NCBI GenBank assembly: GCA_965153455.1
Contig: OZ234493.1
Span: 26,402,213-26,466,212, forward strand
Length of the DNA stretch: 64,000 nt
Source of the DNA: Sphagnum compactum
Lineage: Eukaryota
Direction of reading: 5' to 3'
In this document: in pieces, positions 38,300-50,592 of the stretch
How the letters are laid out: the number at the start of each line of letters is the position of its first letter
Position numbering within the stretch: the first letter of the stretch is position 1
Notes under the pieces: model-generated
Database searches by the model: none
What the model was told of the DNA's origin: nothing
Seen by the model: the letters and a program-made list of their open reading frames with translations, nothing else
Translations under genes and position numbers: made by a program

Positions 38300-41138
38300 G
38301 GTTTGCATATTTTTGTTTGGTTTTTTGCACCACTCATCTAGCAAAATTTCAATCTTGCAATTGATAATGGAAGAGTCATCCCAAAATCAAAATAGAATGA
38401 ATAATAATGATGAAATTTATCTAGATGATGTTGTAATGGAAAAGGAGAGAGTGGAAGAAGAATATGAAATTCAGCCAAGTCTACAAATAGAAGAAAATAT
38501 TGATGCAGATGAAGGGAAAGAAAAAATGAATGGAATTTTCAAAAAAAATCATCTTAAATTTTTTTTGGAGAGGATGGTAAAAATGCACTATGTTGGTCAT
38601 TTTATTGTGTAAATGGCAATAAGTTAATGGATGTTAAGTGTTCTCAATTGATGAGATGCATTATTTTTTATGGTAGTCCAATTTTAATAACAAATGTCAA
38701 AACATAAACAAGGAAAGGTTTGAAATTGTATAATAGTGCAAATGGAATTACTGCATTAAAAAATCATGTTAATGTAAACCATTGTATGATTATAAAATAA
38801 TTTTTAAATAAAACAATTTGTTAAAAAAATTCATGAGAAAGAACTTACAAAGAACAAACTTCATGTTAACAAAACTATTATCTCTAACATTTTTGCTACC
38901 AAACATTTTTATAAGAAAGATGATGTGCAATAAAAGTAGTTTTTAGAAGGTTTACTTCTTTTAATTGTTAAAAATCATTTGCCAATGCATCTTGTTGAAA
39001 GCCAATGGTTAAAAAAATTTAGTTTACATTTGTGTCCAAGCATTGTTTTGCTTTTTAGGAAACAATTTTCAAAAGAAATTTTGCTTGAGTTGGTGGAAAA
39101 AATTAAACAATTATATGTACTACCTGCTTTGGCAGTTTTTTTTTTCTGTACCAAGGTTTTATTTGTGGATGTCGAAAGGGGCTTATGACATTTTTTTCCT
39201 TGTTATTAAAATTTTGGGGGCTGATTAGCAGCCAAAACATATTGCAATTGGGCTTTTTGAAGCATCTAATACCTCTAAGCATGCATTAACCAAAGACTTA
39301 ACTGAGTTGTTAAGCAAGTATGACTTGAGAAAAAAAAATCATTGTTTATGTTAAAGATGAAGGATCTAATTTAAATATTATGACTCATGCAGCCTTAAAA
39401 TTTATTGTAGGTTGTGATGTTTTAAGTTTTATAGAAAGTTTTTAAGGTAGTTATTTTGGCCAAACATTTTCTAAAGCTTATCAATATGCTTCAACTGATG
39501 AAAATTTTTGTAAAGGTTTGAAATATGTATATGTCAAAACTGCCCAGTCTGACCTATAAAAATGCATAACTTGATCGAAAAATTCAAGGAAGGGCAAAAA
39601 AGAATGGAACAAGGCTTGTGCAAATTTGAATTTTCCTCAAAGAAAATTGAACAATCTAGTTAAAACAAGGTTTCATCATAGTTTAAAATTTCATTGTTTA
39701 TTATTACTTTTGTTAAGACTTGCTACATTGTAAATAATGATCATTTGTTTTTTTTTTTTGGTAGGTTTGCTAGTAATATCATTTTTTTTCAAGAGGCTTT
39801 GTAGTCCAAGGATGTTATACATATTTGTTATAACCAGGAGAGTTCAATAAGGATGACAACTAGAATTCCACCCCCTTTGACATGGCATATTTGTTAAATT
39901 GTTGTTGATTGTTTCTCCCTTGTTGTAATTGTTTGTGTTTTAAACCAATATAGGGGACATTGATTGTTAAGTGATGCCTTTCATTCAACCATTTTCATGA
40001 GCTTGAAATTGAAAGAAGAACCAAAAAATGCACCATCTTTTTAGACCCTAATGGAAGAGGATTCTAGTGTGCCACCTAAGTTAATTTGTTTAGCTTGCAA
40101 CATTAGAAAAGAGGTTTGTGGAGTTCTAGATAGTTTTCTTTCCTTCTTGAAGAAATTTGATGAAAGAAAAGCACATAATATGTTAGTTTTAATGTTGAAC
40201 CCAAGATTTAAATTTTTTTGCTTAATGTTTTATTTCATTGGTTGTGATTAGGGAATAACAATTGTTGAGCAATATGATATAATGTCATTATATATCTTAT
40301 ACTCATGAAATGTTATTATTATTTGCATCCATCGATAAAATTTAATAATGATTTTGTTGACCAAGAATGGATGATGACAACAGTTTGGATATTTTTCAAA
40401 TGATAGTAGGGAATATTGAGCTAGCAAAAGAGCGTGTTAAGATAGAATTCTTGGTTTTCCGACATTAGCTAGTGGATGTAAAAAAGATCAAATGTCCCCT
40501 TCAATGGTGGGAGAAACATGAAATCATGTTTCCCATAGTTGGGTTTCTTGTTCATCAAATTTTAAGGATTGTTAGTTCCCAAATAGAGACTGAAAGGATT
40601 TTTTCCCTGGCTAGAATCCTCACTAATTTGAGAACATACCATTTACAATCAGAAAACTTAGAAAATTTATTGTTTATGAACAAAAATTAAGCCAATGATT
40701 ATAGAGTCGGTTGTAAATTCCCTTCTAACCTTTTAGAACTTATTAAGATAGATGTAGACCTAAAAGAGGAGTTAGATTTATAAATTTGAAAGAGCTTTTG
40801 GAAAAGATGAAATTGTGGATTTATAAATTGCTGAAAATATTTTTTTAATCCATTCTTATGTCGAAAAAAATAATATGGAAAATTAATTTCCAAAAAAATA
40901 TTGAAATTTCTAAGATCTGGCTTGTGAGAGCCAGCCAAGAAAATCGGTTGTTCTTGAATTGCTGAGAATCACTAAGCTTGAGAACCGGATTTTTGTCCTT
41001 GGAAAAAATTGGATACCCAAGACGGTTCTCGTAAGCCCCCTATTTTTTAAAAATTAAGAACTGACCTGATTCTCACATAGAAGCATAAAGAACCGAAACC
41101 AATGGTTCTCGAAAAAAGGTGAGAACCACCCAACACTA
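38300..41138 (+). mobile_element. Decayed hAT DNA transposon (transposase pseudogene plus right end)
   Basis: BED-like N-terminus (NGITALKNHV); LWMSKGAYDIF and YVKDEGSNL catalytic-region motifs; C-terminal dimerisation domain CPLQWWEKHE...SQIETERIFSLA...LQSENLENL; many stops and frameshifts. Right TIR ...cacccaacacta with gagaacc/ggttctc subterminal repeats. Left end not found. Confidence 0.9.
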
Positions 41139-41399
41139 GTTTGAACTTACCTCTTCTTGATGTGCATGGTGGCCTTCTCAGTGTCCCCTAGCATCCTTCT
41201 TGATGTCCCCCACCATGCTTCCCATTGCTCCATATATATATATATTCCAATCTCCCTCAACATGCTTCCCAGTGCCCAAATAAAAAACTTATTTTATTTT
41301 TCCTTTTTTGACATCCCTCAAGATGCACCCATTGTCCTTCCCGACATCAGTGTCATCCCTCAGCATGCTTCTTGACACCCCTGTTGCCCCCAAAGAAAA

Positions 41400-42200
41400 A
41401 GGTGTTTGACAACATATCCATTGCGAAAGATGATGTTATCATCCAAGAGGGTGTTTGCTATCAAGAATGAAATTGGGTAGTTGTGGATATTTGCTTAGTT
41501 AGTGATAATAGGGTTTACCCCTTCAAAACTTGCTGCTCCTTACTTCAGTCGAATAATGCACCTCTTCACATTAATCATGTGGTTCATCAAGTGTATTCTT
41601 CCACCCTGGAACATGTTTTAAATAGAGTCTCCAATCTCCACACAAAATGTGCACATATTATTGTAAAATTTTAGGCTGTACTTTTGTCATGTCCTGAAAC
41701 AATTTTCAGATTATCAATGTCAACATGAAAAAATGAACATATTCCAACGGCCAAAAATAACTTTATGGAGGTTGAACTTGAGACTTGAAACCTAATTCCT
41801 CTTTCCCTAGGTTTGCATATGTATTGTAGACGATACACATCAACTTTTGAGCTTAGACTATGGGCATCAATGTTACATGTCGCCATTTAGTAAGCACATG
41901 CCCATGTCAATTGCCTAATACAACATTGAACCTTGTTACATGATAAGATATTAAGATGTTGCATGGTAATATATATTATATCCAATGTGGAAGATAATGT
42001 CCATGCTCAATGCAAGTCCAAGGTATAAGGTTATTGACCAAGAAAGCTTGAGGCTACTAGTAGCCCAATGAAGCCATGGAGCTGCCATGGGCTGGGCTCT
42101 TTTGGGCATGAAGAGAAGAAAGAAAATTGGGAGGGATGAGCCTCGACGAATGCGCATACACTACAGAAAACCCTATGTTACATGAAATGCCCCACTTAGG
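41400..42200 (-). pseudogene. Possible decayed non-LTR retrotransposon fragment
   Basis: Weak, broken similarity to C-terminal zinc-knuckle/endonuclease regions; no intact motif. Confidence 0.2.
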
Positions 42201-42699
42201 ATGTGGGTATGGGCCTAAAACATTAAGGGCCTTCAAACACTAAAGGAAAATTTCTCCCCCATCTGTTTGTTTCAAATTGAGAGTCAAGACTTTGGATTTT
42301 CATCCTCCGTTGTGATGAGGGGTCATGAAAAAGGACATTGGTAAGGTAGAGGAGAAGGGTCTATCATGTTAAGACTCATCCAGATTTGAAGTACCCAATC
42401 ATGGGCTCTCTTATTCTTAAGACTTGGTAGGCTGAGTGTAGTGTACTGAAACAAAGTCATTAAGTCTTTCTTCTTACAGACTGACACTGTAAAGTACTAC
42501 GCAAAATTAAGTGATGTCATCTACCTCAATAATGAACCAACAGCCACCTGCACACTATGAGCGATGGCTGATGAAATAGCAGGAAGCAAATTTCCATTGC
42601 GTTCCAGTTCCCTAGCTAACGATGGTGGGTAGTTCAGCTTCTGTTTTCACTACCTAGCTACTAACAATTCACTAACCCTTTGCTTATGTACCAACCGTC

Positions 42700-43000
42700 T
42701 ACATGCACCTACTTACCTTGTACCTATCAATTGTCTTACCTGGAGGACATATTGTTTAAAGGTATATTTACAAAGGTGAAGCCCATTATCAACTAAGTTC
42801 ATTCTTCATTCAGAACCAGTGAGTAATAACAGACTTGCAATGGATGTTGTAGCAACCTACTGTCCTACCTACTTACATGCAGGACCTGTTCTTCACAGGA
42901 TAGTTTGTAACCACTTATTGTCCTACCTACATGCTTGCCAGACATATTGTTTTCTGTATACTTTATCAAAGTGAAACCCAGCATCAACTCAGCTGGATAG
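42700..43000 (+). repeat. Family C repeat, two decayed copies
   Basis: aaaggtgaagcccattatcaactaagtt and aaagtgaaacccagcatcaactcagct resemble 6470-6500. Confidence 0.55.
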
Positions 43001-43641
43001 AGCAAGTTTGGTGAATAGAGCAATTTTCTGAAAATTACAATGAGTAGTGTCAAGTGTGCCTTAAAAAGAACACACCAAATAATATATCATATTCAAGAGA
43101 ACAAACAGGTAGGTATGTGGTATGTAGAGGAGTAGGTTTGTAAGGAGGTTCAAATAATTCAGACACACACGGATACCAATGTTTTCACTATGTAGAGGAG
43201 TGTAATAATGCAAGGTTCCAAACTGAGGCAAAATCTCCCTCCTCTCAAGTTTTCCACTTTTTTCTTTTAACATGGACACCCAAGGATGCCTAAAGGACCT
43301 TGAGGTCACAGACTGACAGTAGAACCTGGTTCAAGAAGTTGAACTAGCTGAAAAGGCATATCTTAATTTGTCTTATCATATTATTTTGCAGCCCACAAGT
43401 CCGTTTTTGGCGACAGTCTACTAGTGGGTGGAAGAGTGAGTACACAGTGTGCATTTTTTGGGTTGTTTGTTGTTTGCAGCTCTCGCGCAGATCAAGAACT
43501 TGTATATGTGTTTGTGACTGCTGTCGTCTGCTTGGCCATTATCGCTTTGAAAGCTCTATTGTTGATCTTTACTGCTTCTTTATTGCTTTTGTTTGGTCAT
43601 CGCTTCTGTGTTTTTTTTTTCCTTTTTAATTGGTTTTGAAA

Positions 43642-44004
43642 ATGGGTCTGTCTGGAAAGCTGCAGTTGAGTCTGCTGTGGAGCTTGGGTGTGGTAGTTAG
43701 TGTTTTTGTGCTGTGTGGTCGGACTGTACGTGCAGTGGACTCGTCTTCGTCCACCTCCATGGTCCCGGGGCTGCTGCTGCTGAGCGGGAAGGATCAGAAT
43801 GGTGAGATGGAGTCTTCGGTGATGCGGAGGATGCTGGCGAACTCGGCTAACTACATCGGCTATGGCTCATTGTCAGCCGATCGGATTCCATGCCCGGCAG
43901 GCTCCGGAAGGTCTTACTATACTATCAATTGCTATGCTGCCGATGGTCCCGTAACACCTTACACCCGCGGCTGCAATGCCATCACTCGCTGCGCTCGCGG
44001 TTGA
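43642..44004 (+). CDS. RALF: Rapid Alkalinization Factor (RALF) peptide precursor, 120 aa
   Basis: Hydrophobic signal peptide, EMES..MRRML (RRXL S1P cleavage site), YIGY (YISY variant), four conserved Cys, G.SYY..NC and PY.RGC..ITRC.RG C-terminus; intronless. Confidence 0.97.
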   Translation: MGLSGKLQLSLLWSLGVVVSVFVLCGRTVRAVDSSSSTSMVPGLLLLSGKDQNGEMESSVMRRMLANSANYIGYGSLSADRIPCPAGSGRSYYTINCYAADGPVTPYTRGCNAITRCARG

Positions 44005-46949
44005 ATTGTAATGTCTCTTCTTCCTCTTCTCTGCCCCGTTCACCTTTGTCGATGCGGTTCCCCCCCCCCGGTTGATCTTTGTTTTAATGATAGATTCTGG
44101 ACGACAGTAGATGATGGATGGTCTGTCCCTCTTGCGAGAGATCGTGTCCATCATCGCGAGGTAGGGTTTCTAGTCATCTGTTGCAATGTAGCTTTCTTGG
44201 ACTTCACACAATGAAGTTCATGGGAGAAACTATCACCTACTCCTGAAGTTAATACTTTCTCCAAATGGCAGAAACTCATGAAGTTAATAGCTTCTCAAAA
44301 TGAGTTAGGGTTTTGAGTGCCGTTGTTTGGGGTGATGGCTGTGCAGACCCAAAAAAACAAAACAAAAGCAAAATCAAAACTTCCATGTGAAGATTTATGT
44401 GAACTTCTTTCAAGGGACCACCAGAAGAGTCAATGGGCAGCAGCAGCCACCAGAGCGGAGTTTTGTCCAATTCAGACTCATTAAATGTAAGACATGCAGG
44501 TTAAATCCCAATTGAGTATTTTTTGTATTGTATTCTGTACACGTAACATAGATAGACAGAAATCTCTTAATCATGTGTTTAAAATAGCAATGTGAGATAG
44601 GTACATTTCTCTAATCAAAGGGAGTTCTTATGACTAATGTCAACCAGCAAGCAAGCAAAGTATATTTGTGAACTACTGTGGTGTCTCTCCTTGGGTAAGT
44701 GTGCCTGCAGTATAGTAGTGACCCAGAAATATTGTAATAGAACACAATCTTGCTGAAATGGGAAGTGGGACTTGACTTTGCCTACAGTTGCACTGCTTCT
44801 GGAATCTTGTCACACTAGGAGTGGTGTTGTCAATGTCAATGTCTTCCTCTTTGAACTAGATATTAGTTTACCTTGAGCTTGGCTACAGGTTGTAACAGGC
44901 CATTGATCTAATTGCGGTGCCATGGCATTGAGACTAGGTTGATGGCCTGCTACAGCCTGTAGTCAGGGGAAAGTGGCCAATACAGTACATAGTGGAGGTT
45001 GCAACCTACCTACCTATTTTAAGGAAGTCAATAAGAACAGCGAACTATGGTGTGTAGCTGCTCTGTTCAGAGCTAGTAAATGAATGCAATGTCAGCAAAC
45101 ATTATGAGAACCTTGACTATGATGTGGTAACCCTACATGCAAAGGTGCAGAAGATGCAGTGCTGATTTTGCCACCATTAGCAACAGCCAGTTGTGGGTAA
45201 ATATTGCAGCTTCCAGAGTCCCTGCAAACTATGATTGAGCATGAGAGCATAGATATCTGCATGTTACATACTCACATGTGATTCTTTTGAGTCGATATTG
45301 TGCACTCATGTTGATGGGCATACGGAGGCAAAGGTTTCAATACACACAGGAATTGACTCAAATATTGTGTTGATGTCAGCTCCAAGTGGAAACCACTTCC
45401 TTAAGATTTGGTTACACATGGATTGGAGTTGGATCTTTGTCAATGAAGGAATGAGCTCCCACCAGTACTGCAAGATTCAGGTTTTGTGTCCTTGAACGTT
45501 GCAATAGGGAAGCATGCCCTTATGTGTGGGAATCGCTGGGCACATTGTTTCAGATGTTAGTGTCAGATCAAAACTTGGCCCACCTTAGTTGCAAGTCATG
45601 TCTAAGGCCAAACCAAAGCTAATAATCAAACAGCAACAACTACAAAATCTACAAATTCTTAACTTGAAATTGGCTTCCATTTGTTGTCTACAAATGCATT
45701 TGTCTACAAAACCAAAAATTCGCCACTTTTGCAACATCCAAAGCTGAAGGGGGGAAAAAAAACATTGGGCCTCAGATGGACAGCAGAAAAGCAAATTTTC
45801 AAAAAGAATTGTTCAGGTGGAATTGCAGATTTGGCAGGCGGAAATGGCCGAATCAGTATGTATGTGGTTTTGTCTTTGGTGTTCATCTATTACATTGTCT
45901 TCTCTTTGGTTTTTAAGGTTAGGTCTTCTTTTCTATCTTTTCCTATCTTTTTCATTGAATCTGTTGTTGGATTTGAAATCTGTACAACTTTCTGATTAAG
46001 GCACTTCTAAGTTCCATTCAAGCGGATTTACATTGTAAGCATGGGTGAGTCCTTTTTTACCATGTCTACATACAAATAAAGGATATAATATTAGTGTACT
46101 AATATACAAACAGTGTTGAATAGGGTTGTGTGTCGTAGGTGTGTAGAAAAATGTAATGGCCAATGGTTAAATGTGTAATAGGGTTTGGAAACTTGTGAGA
46201 ATTTTAGAGGACCAATGGAAATGGTAGAAAGGGAGAACTATTTTCAACATTCAGCAGAATAGGGTTGTGCGTATGCCTGAAGATTTATTTTTCAGGCCAA
46301 TGGGTTTGTCAGATTTGGTTGTTGGAATTTGTTTTATTAGTTATCTTGAATGAACTACCAGTTCAATGTGTAATAGCTATTTACAGACAAGGGTTCTAGC
46401 ACAATACTTGTGCACTTTGTTTCAGAGGGGATGTTGATGTCATGGTTTGTCTACTGAATTGGAATGCTAAGAAAATTTAAGAATAGCATCAAACAAAGTG
46501 AAGCAAATGAAATTATTTGCAATGGTCCCATGTTCATCATATGCCGGCCATGGGTTTTACACTAGGTAATGGCATTGGAGTGGGACATCCCCAAAATCTA
46601 GACCCAAGCTTGGCTCTCAACTCACCATGGACCCTTATTTCAGGGATGCCCCCATTCCTGGGACCTGACACTACATGTAAGGCACATACATAGGCACCTA
46701 ATCATTAATATGGAGATAAGGTTAGTAGCCTTGATAAATTCCCATCAAGGTTTCATTCAAAGTGGAAAGAACAAGTTATGCAATCAAAATGATGTGGCAA
46801 AGAAATTGGACATGTGGAGAGACAAGATGTGAAAAGGAGGTACATTTGGGTATTTTAGGGGAGTTGAGTGTGAAGGGAGCTATGGATTAGGCTTGCTAAG
46901 GATGATTGTATGTTTTCTACAAAAGTTGTGTGATGAGTTGTGGGTCTAT

Positions 46950-47800
46950 GTCGTGACACTAGAGAAGGTAAGCGCATTGATGGAGGGGAGCTTCTGGAGG
47001 ACGTTGTTGGGTTGCACTGTGTCTGCTTGTAGGAAATAGTTGTTTTTGGGAGATGCTTTGCTCTAGGAGATAAGTGCTAAGGAGGCAAGTGCTATGGTGG
47101 TTTTTTGAGGAGTCTTGCATTTGCTGATTGGAGGGACATATAGTTTGCAAGATTTCCGAGATGAGGAATTGATGGTCAGTGCTCCCACCGTTGTTGGGAG
47201 AATGTTGGGGAAGTGCTGGAGAAGAGTATATGTACAACAAGCAACTTGATGGAAAGATAAGGCATTCAAGACATTTAGAGATGAGTTGAGTACTTTGAAT
47301 TGCAAAGAAGTTTAGGAGAAGAGGATGCTTGTTAATTCATCAAATTTCTATGACTCTTTGATTTGGAGATGTTGAACCCTTTTCCTTATGAGATGCTGCT
47401 GGAAACTATTTCCATTGCATTCCAGTAATTACATTAGGTCAGGGAATGTACCACCCAACCACATCATTAGGGGCTCATGTCCAAAGATGATGCCAACTAC
47501 AAGGCAATTCGAGCTTAGAGGGTATTCATGTGGCAATAAGGACTAAAATTGCATTGTGTGGGGATTCAGGGCTACAGTACTTAGAAGGCAATAGGAGATC
47601 TAAGGAACTTGGATGTGATCAGATGAGGTATCATTGGGGACAAGTGACCCTGGGACAGAAAGTGCATTATGCCCATGCTGCAGTGGAATGTCAGACAATA
47701 CTGAAAATTTGGGGCAACAAAAAGTTGAATTTGTGTCTAGGTAGCTATGGCATTGCATGCTTTCGGATCAGGGATTAGTGCCAAATGGAGTGGGGTTGGA
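46950..47800 (+). pseudogene. Possible decayed non-LTR reverse transcriptase fragment
   Basis: Broken motifs such as GNVPP and GT.(QG)DP(L)G; multiple stops. Confidence 0.2.
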
Positions 47801-48347
47801 GTTTTTTGAACATACAGGGTAATTTGAGTTAAGATTTTACTATAACTAGCACTTTGGTTCCCACTCAAAACTGGCACTCCTCCAAAATCAGTGCTTCATG
47901 GACACAAGACAGCCAAATTATGCAATTTAAGAAGCCTGAAAAGTGGCAAAATCTGCCCTCTAATCCTTTAGGGTTGGAAGACATTCAAGAATCTCATTGC
48001 AGAGGCCAGTAACCAGTAACTTTCAGCAACTTCCAACACCTACCCATAACTCTCTTACATTCTCTGCCTGAACTGAAATGAGTCAAGCACTGATGCCGCA
48101 TCACTGTTCAATGAGAACACAAAAGCCCAATTGACTTGAAGAGTGGTATGCAATATTGCACTCTTGGATACCACCACCAATCTCATCACCCAGACAGAAG
48201 GTTCAAACCACTGCAGCAGATGCTCCCTGTATACACAATAATGAGAAGCTGCCAAAAGATCTCTCGGTGATTTCACCTCATTGGAGATATTATCATACAT
48301 AAAGTAAAAGGACTGGATGTGTAAGGCAACATTGTAGACCAGGGTAC

Positions 48348-48572
48348 CTATCTCAACTGGTCAAGAAAGTCTTCCAACACTCCATGGGTGAACCGTGGAT
48401 GTGTCTCCTGCTTACAACGAGCAGAGAAGTATAAGATCAGCCAGCACACAGAGAAATACAACTGCCCAGCTGAGACAAGCAGAAGTGAAAGGAAGGGGCC
48501 CATAAATTGCTGTAGCACCCATCGTGCACTCCTCCCACACAACATGCTCTCCAGAAGTTTGAGTGGCAACAC
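48348..48572 (-). CDS. Multi-pass membrane protein, exon 3 (terminal)
   Basis: Acceptor aagcAG|gtg. Encodes VLPLKLLESMLCGRSARWVL...LYFSVCWLILYFSARC...RFTHGVLEDFLDQLR*, matching the C-terminus of a conserved plant uncharacterised membrane protein family (KCLEAILCG...YF.VAWLIFYF.ARC; from memory). Confidence 0.88.
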   Translation of the reverse strand: MLPLKLLESMLCGRSARWVLQQFMGPFLSLLLVSAGQLYFSVCWLILYFSARCKQETHPRFTHGVLEDFLDQLR

Positions 48573-48916
48573 CTGCTTATCTCACCACCATGGATCTCCA
48601 AACATCAAAAACAGAACAAGACATCTGGCAAAATGCTAACAAAATCCTTATGTCTTCACCTTATCCACATCACCAATCTGGAACAATAGCCTGTGCTCTA
48701 GGTGCCATCATCAAGCTATCCCAAAACCTTGATTGCATGCATTGATGAAGCACTCAGAAACATCAGTAACACTTACAAAAATACAATGATTGCTTAATAC
48801 TTCTCAACATTACAATCTTGGCAAGGATCTCCTTTACAATTATCAGTGGGAGCAGAGAGTGGAGAAATTCAGAAAGGGAGGAATTGAGAATGACCAAGAA
48901 TAAAAGAATATCACAC

Positions 48917-49702
48917 CTGGTTCTGCACACTTGTGACCAAACGAAATGCCCGTGTCAATGCTGCCAATCCCCAGTAGTCCCTCTCCATAATTGTCACCCA
49001 ACATGCCATTTTGTACACACAGGATGCCAATGCATCAAACATATACTCCAAGATCACAAAGAATGCTATCCTGGATCCCATTCCCCAGCCACTGCCATCA
49101 GCACCCCTGAAAGGAGCCAGAATAGAAAATGGCATAATTGACAAGTGTAACATTAAGCGATCTGCTGCCTCAGCCATCATCACTCCACCAAAAGCAGTTT
49201 TCAGGATGAAGAGACACATTATGTCTCGAAACAAGTCATGGAGGACTGCAAGCCATATCAAGCGAAGCAAGCCTATTTGAAATCCAGCCTTCATTGCACG
49301 TACTGCACTGACTCTTTTCCCAACATAAGTGCTCACAACAGTGTAGGCTACAGTCCCCAAGAGTGCTGCATGCTGAAAAACTAAAACTGCAAAGAAAGCT
49401 GTAATTGCACCAGCAAGGACTCCCAACATAAAGAGCACTGTTAAACCCATATGGGGCATTACTCCTCTGTCCATATTTCTCCCCATAATAAGCCTAGCAG
49501 AAGGCATTCCTATTGTCACTGCTTCCTCCTGTAAAGATTCTGTTCCATAGCTCCCATTCTTGCCCCGTATTCTGAGCCTCAAAGATAACTGCGGAATTGG
49601 TTCTGTGGCCTCAATTTCCTTGCTGCCTTCTACTTCTGCCTGTAATGCTGCTGCTCCTTTGGTCTCCATGTTCGCAGAAACATCAAAGCTTGAGGAAATT
49701 GT
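48917..49702 (-). CDS. Multi-pass membrane protein, exon 2
   Basis: Acceptor ctttatAG|aca and donor cag|GTGTGA; 786 nt, phase 0-0; several hydrophobic helices. Confidence 0.88.
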
Positions 49703-49856
49703 CTATAAAGCAAACACCAAGGTAAGCATAAACACCTACTATATTGCAGTTAGAGTTCTACAAAGTGCAGAAGATGCAGATTGTGGAACTGCAGTAGAAA
49801 CCCTAACACCAGGGATGTGCTGAATTTGATTCGGGATTCAACGAATGCGAGCTTAC

Positions 49857-50312
49857 CTCCGAATTTTGAGATGCCAGAGAACCAACAGACGAAGACTCCA
49901 CGCCTACAGATTTATACATTGCCATTTTGTTTTTCGATTCTACGAGGCTTTGCATAACAGCTTCGTCAAGTGAGATGAAAAATGAGGCGATGTATTGAGC
50001 AAGTAGCCCCTTATCCTGCGGGCCTTCATAAAGGCCATCATAAAACCCACCTCTCGAAACCCTAATTTCTCGAGCGGAAATATTCTTCGACAGCTCCGGA
50101 TTGAGTGTATGATGCAGCGAAGCATTAGTATGCGAGGAAGGAAATCCAAGACCAGGAATTAGGGTATAGCTATCGATCACAGTACCGTAAAGCGTGGAAA
50201 CAAGTGATAATATAAGAAGAGGAACCCAGCACACAAGACATATTCGCCCTGCCTGCTTCAACAAACTTTCCACACTCTCTTCCCGCAATTGCGGCCTCTC
50301 CCTAGTCGCCAT
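49857..50312 (-). CDS. Multi-pass membrane protein (488 aa in total), exon 1
   Basis: ATG at 50312 (MATRERPQ...), N-terminal hydrophobic segment, donor gag|GTAAGC; 456 nt, phase 0; CpG-rich leader at 50313-50590. Confidence 0.85.
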
Positions 50313-50592
50313 CGCCCCAAATGTTGGCCCCAAATTCCGGTCTTTCCTTTATAAAACGACAGACGACTCTCCAAGTTTTGCCAAGTTCTCCCAACCTCGC
50401 TGTTCTCCTCTTTAGAAAACTTAGCCACACTCTGCGCCGTGCCTCAGCATTGTACCAAAACACCAAAGCCGACGACAACGCTCCTGGAACGCTGCGAAAT
50501 TCGTATTTTGTGATCGCAAAACCTCGCTCAAAACCATCACCCGCCTGAATCCGCTTTGAGAGCCCAACCCTAAAGCCGCAGCTACACAAGAG

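Noticed and set aside
330-44004. LysM-GPI gene and RALF as a functional cell-surface signalling cluster
   Set aside because: They are 42 kb apart with unrelated genes between; no evidence beyond coincidence.
46860-46885. tgaagggagct resembling miR159/319
   Set aside because: Partial match only; no star-strand hairpin seen.
48055-48300. 81-aa ORF after the membrane-protein stop, with TAG|GTACC donor-like site
   Set aside because: The protein already ends at the family-like C-terminus and the nearest acceptor would give too short an intron; likely 3' UTR.
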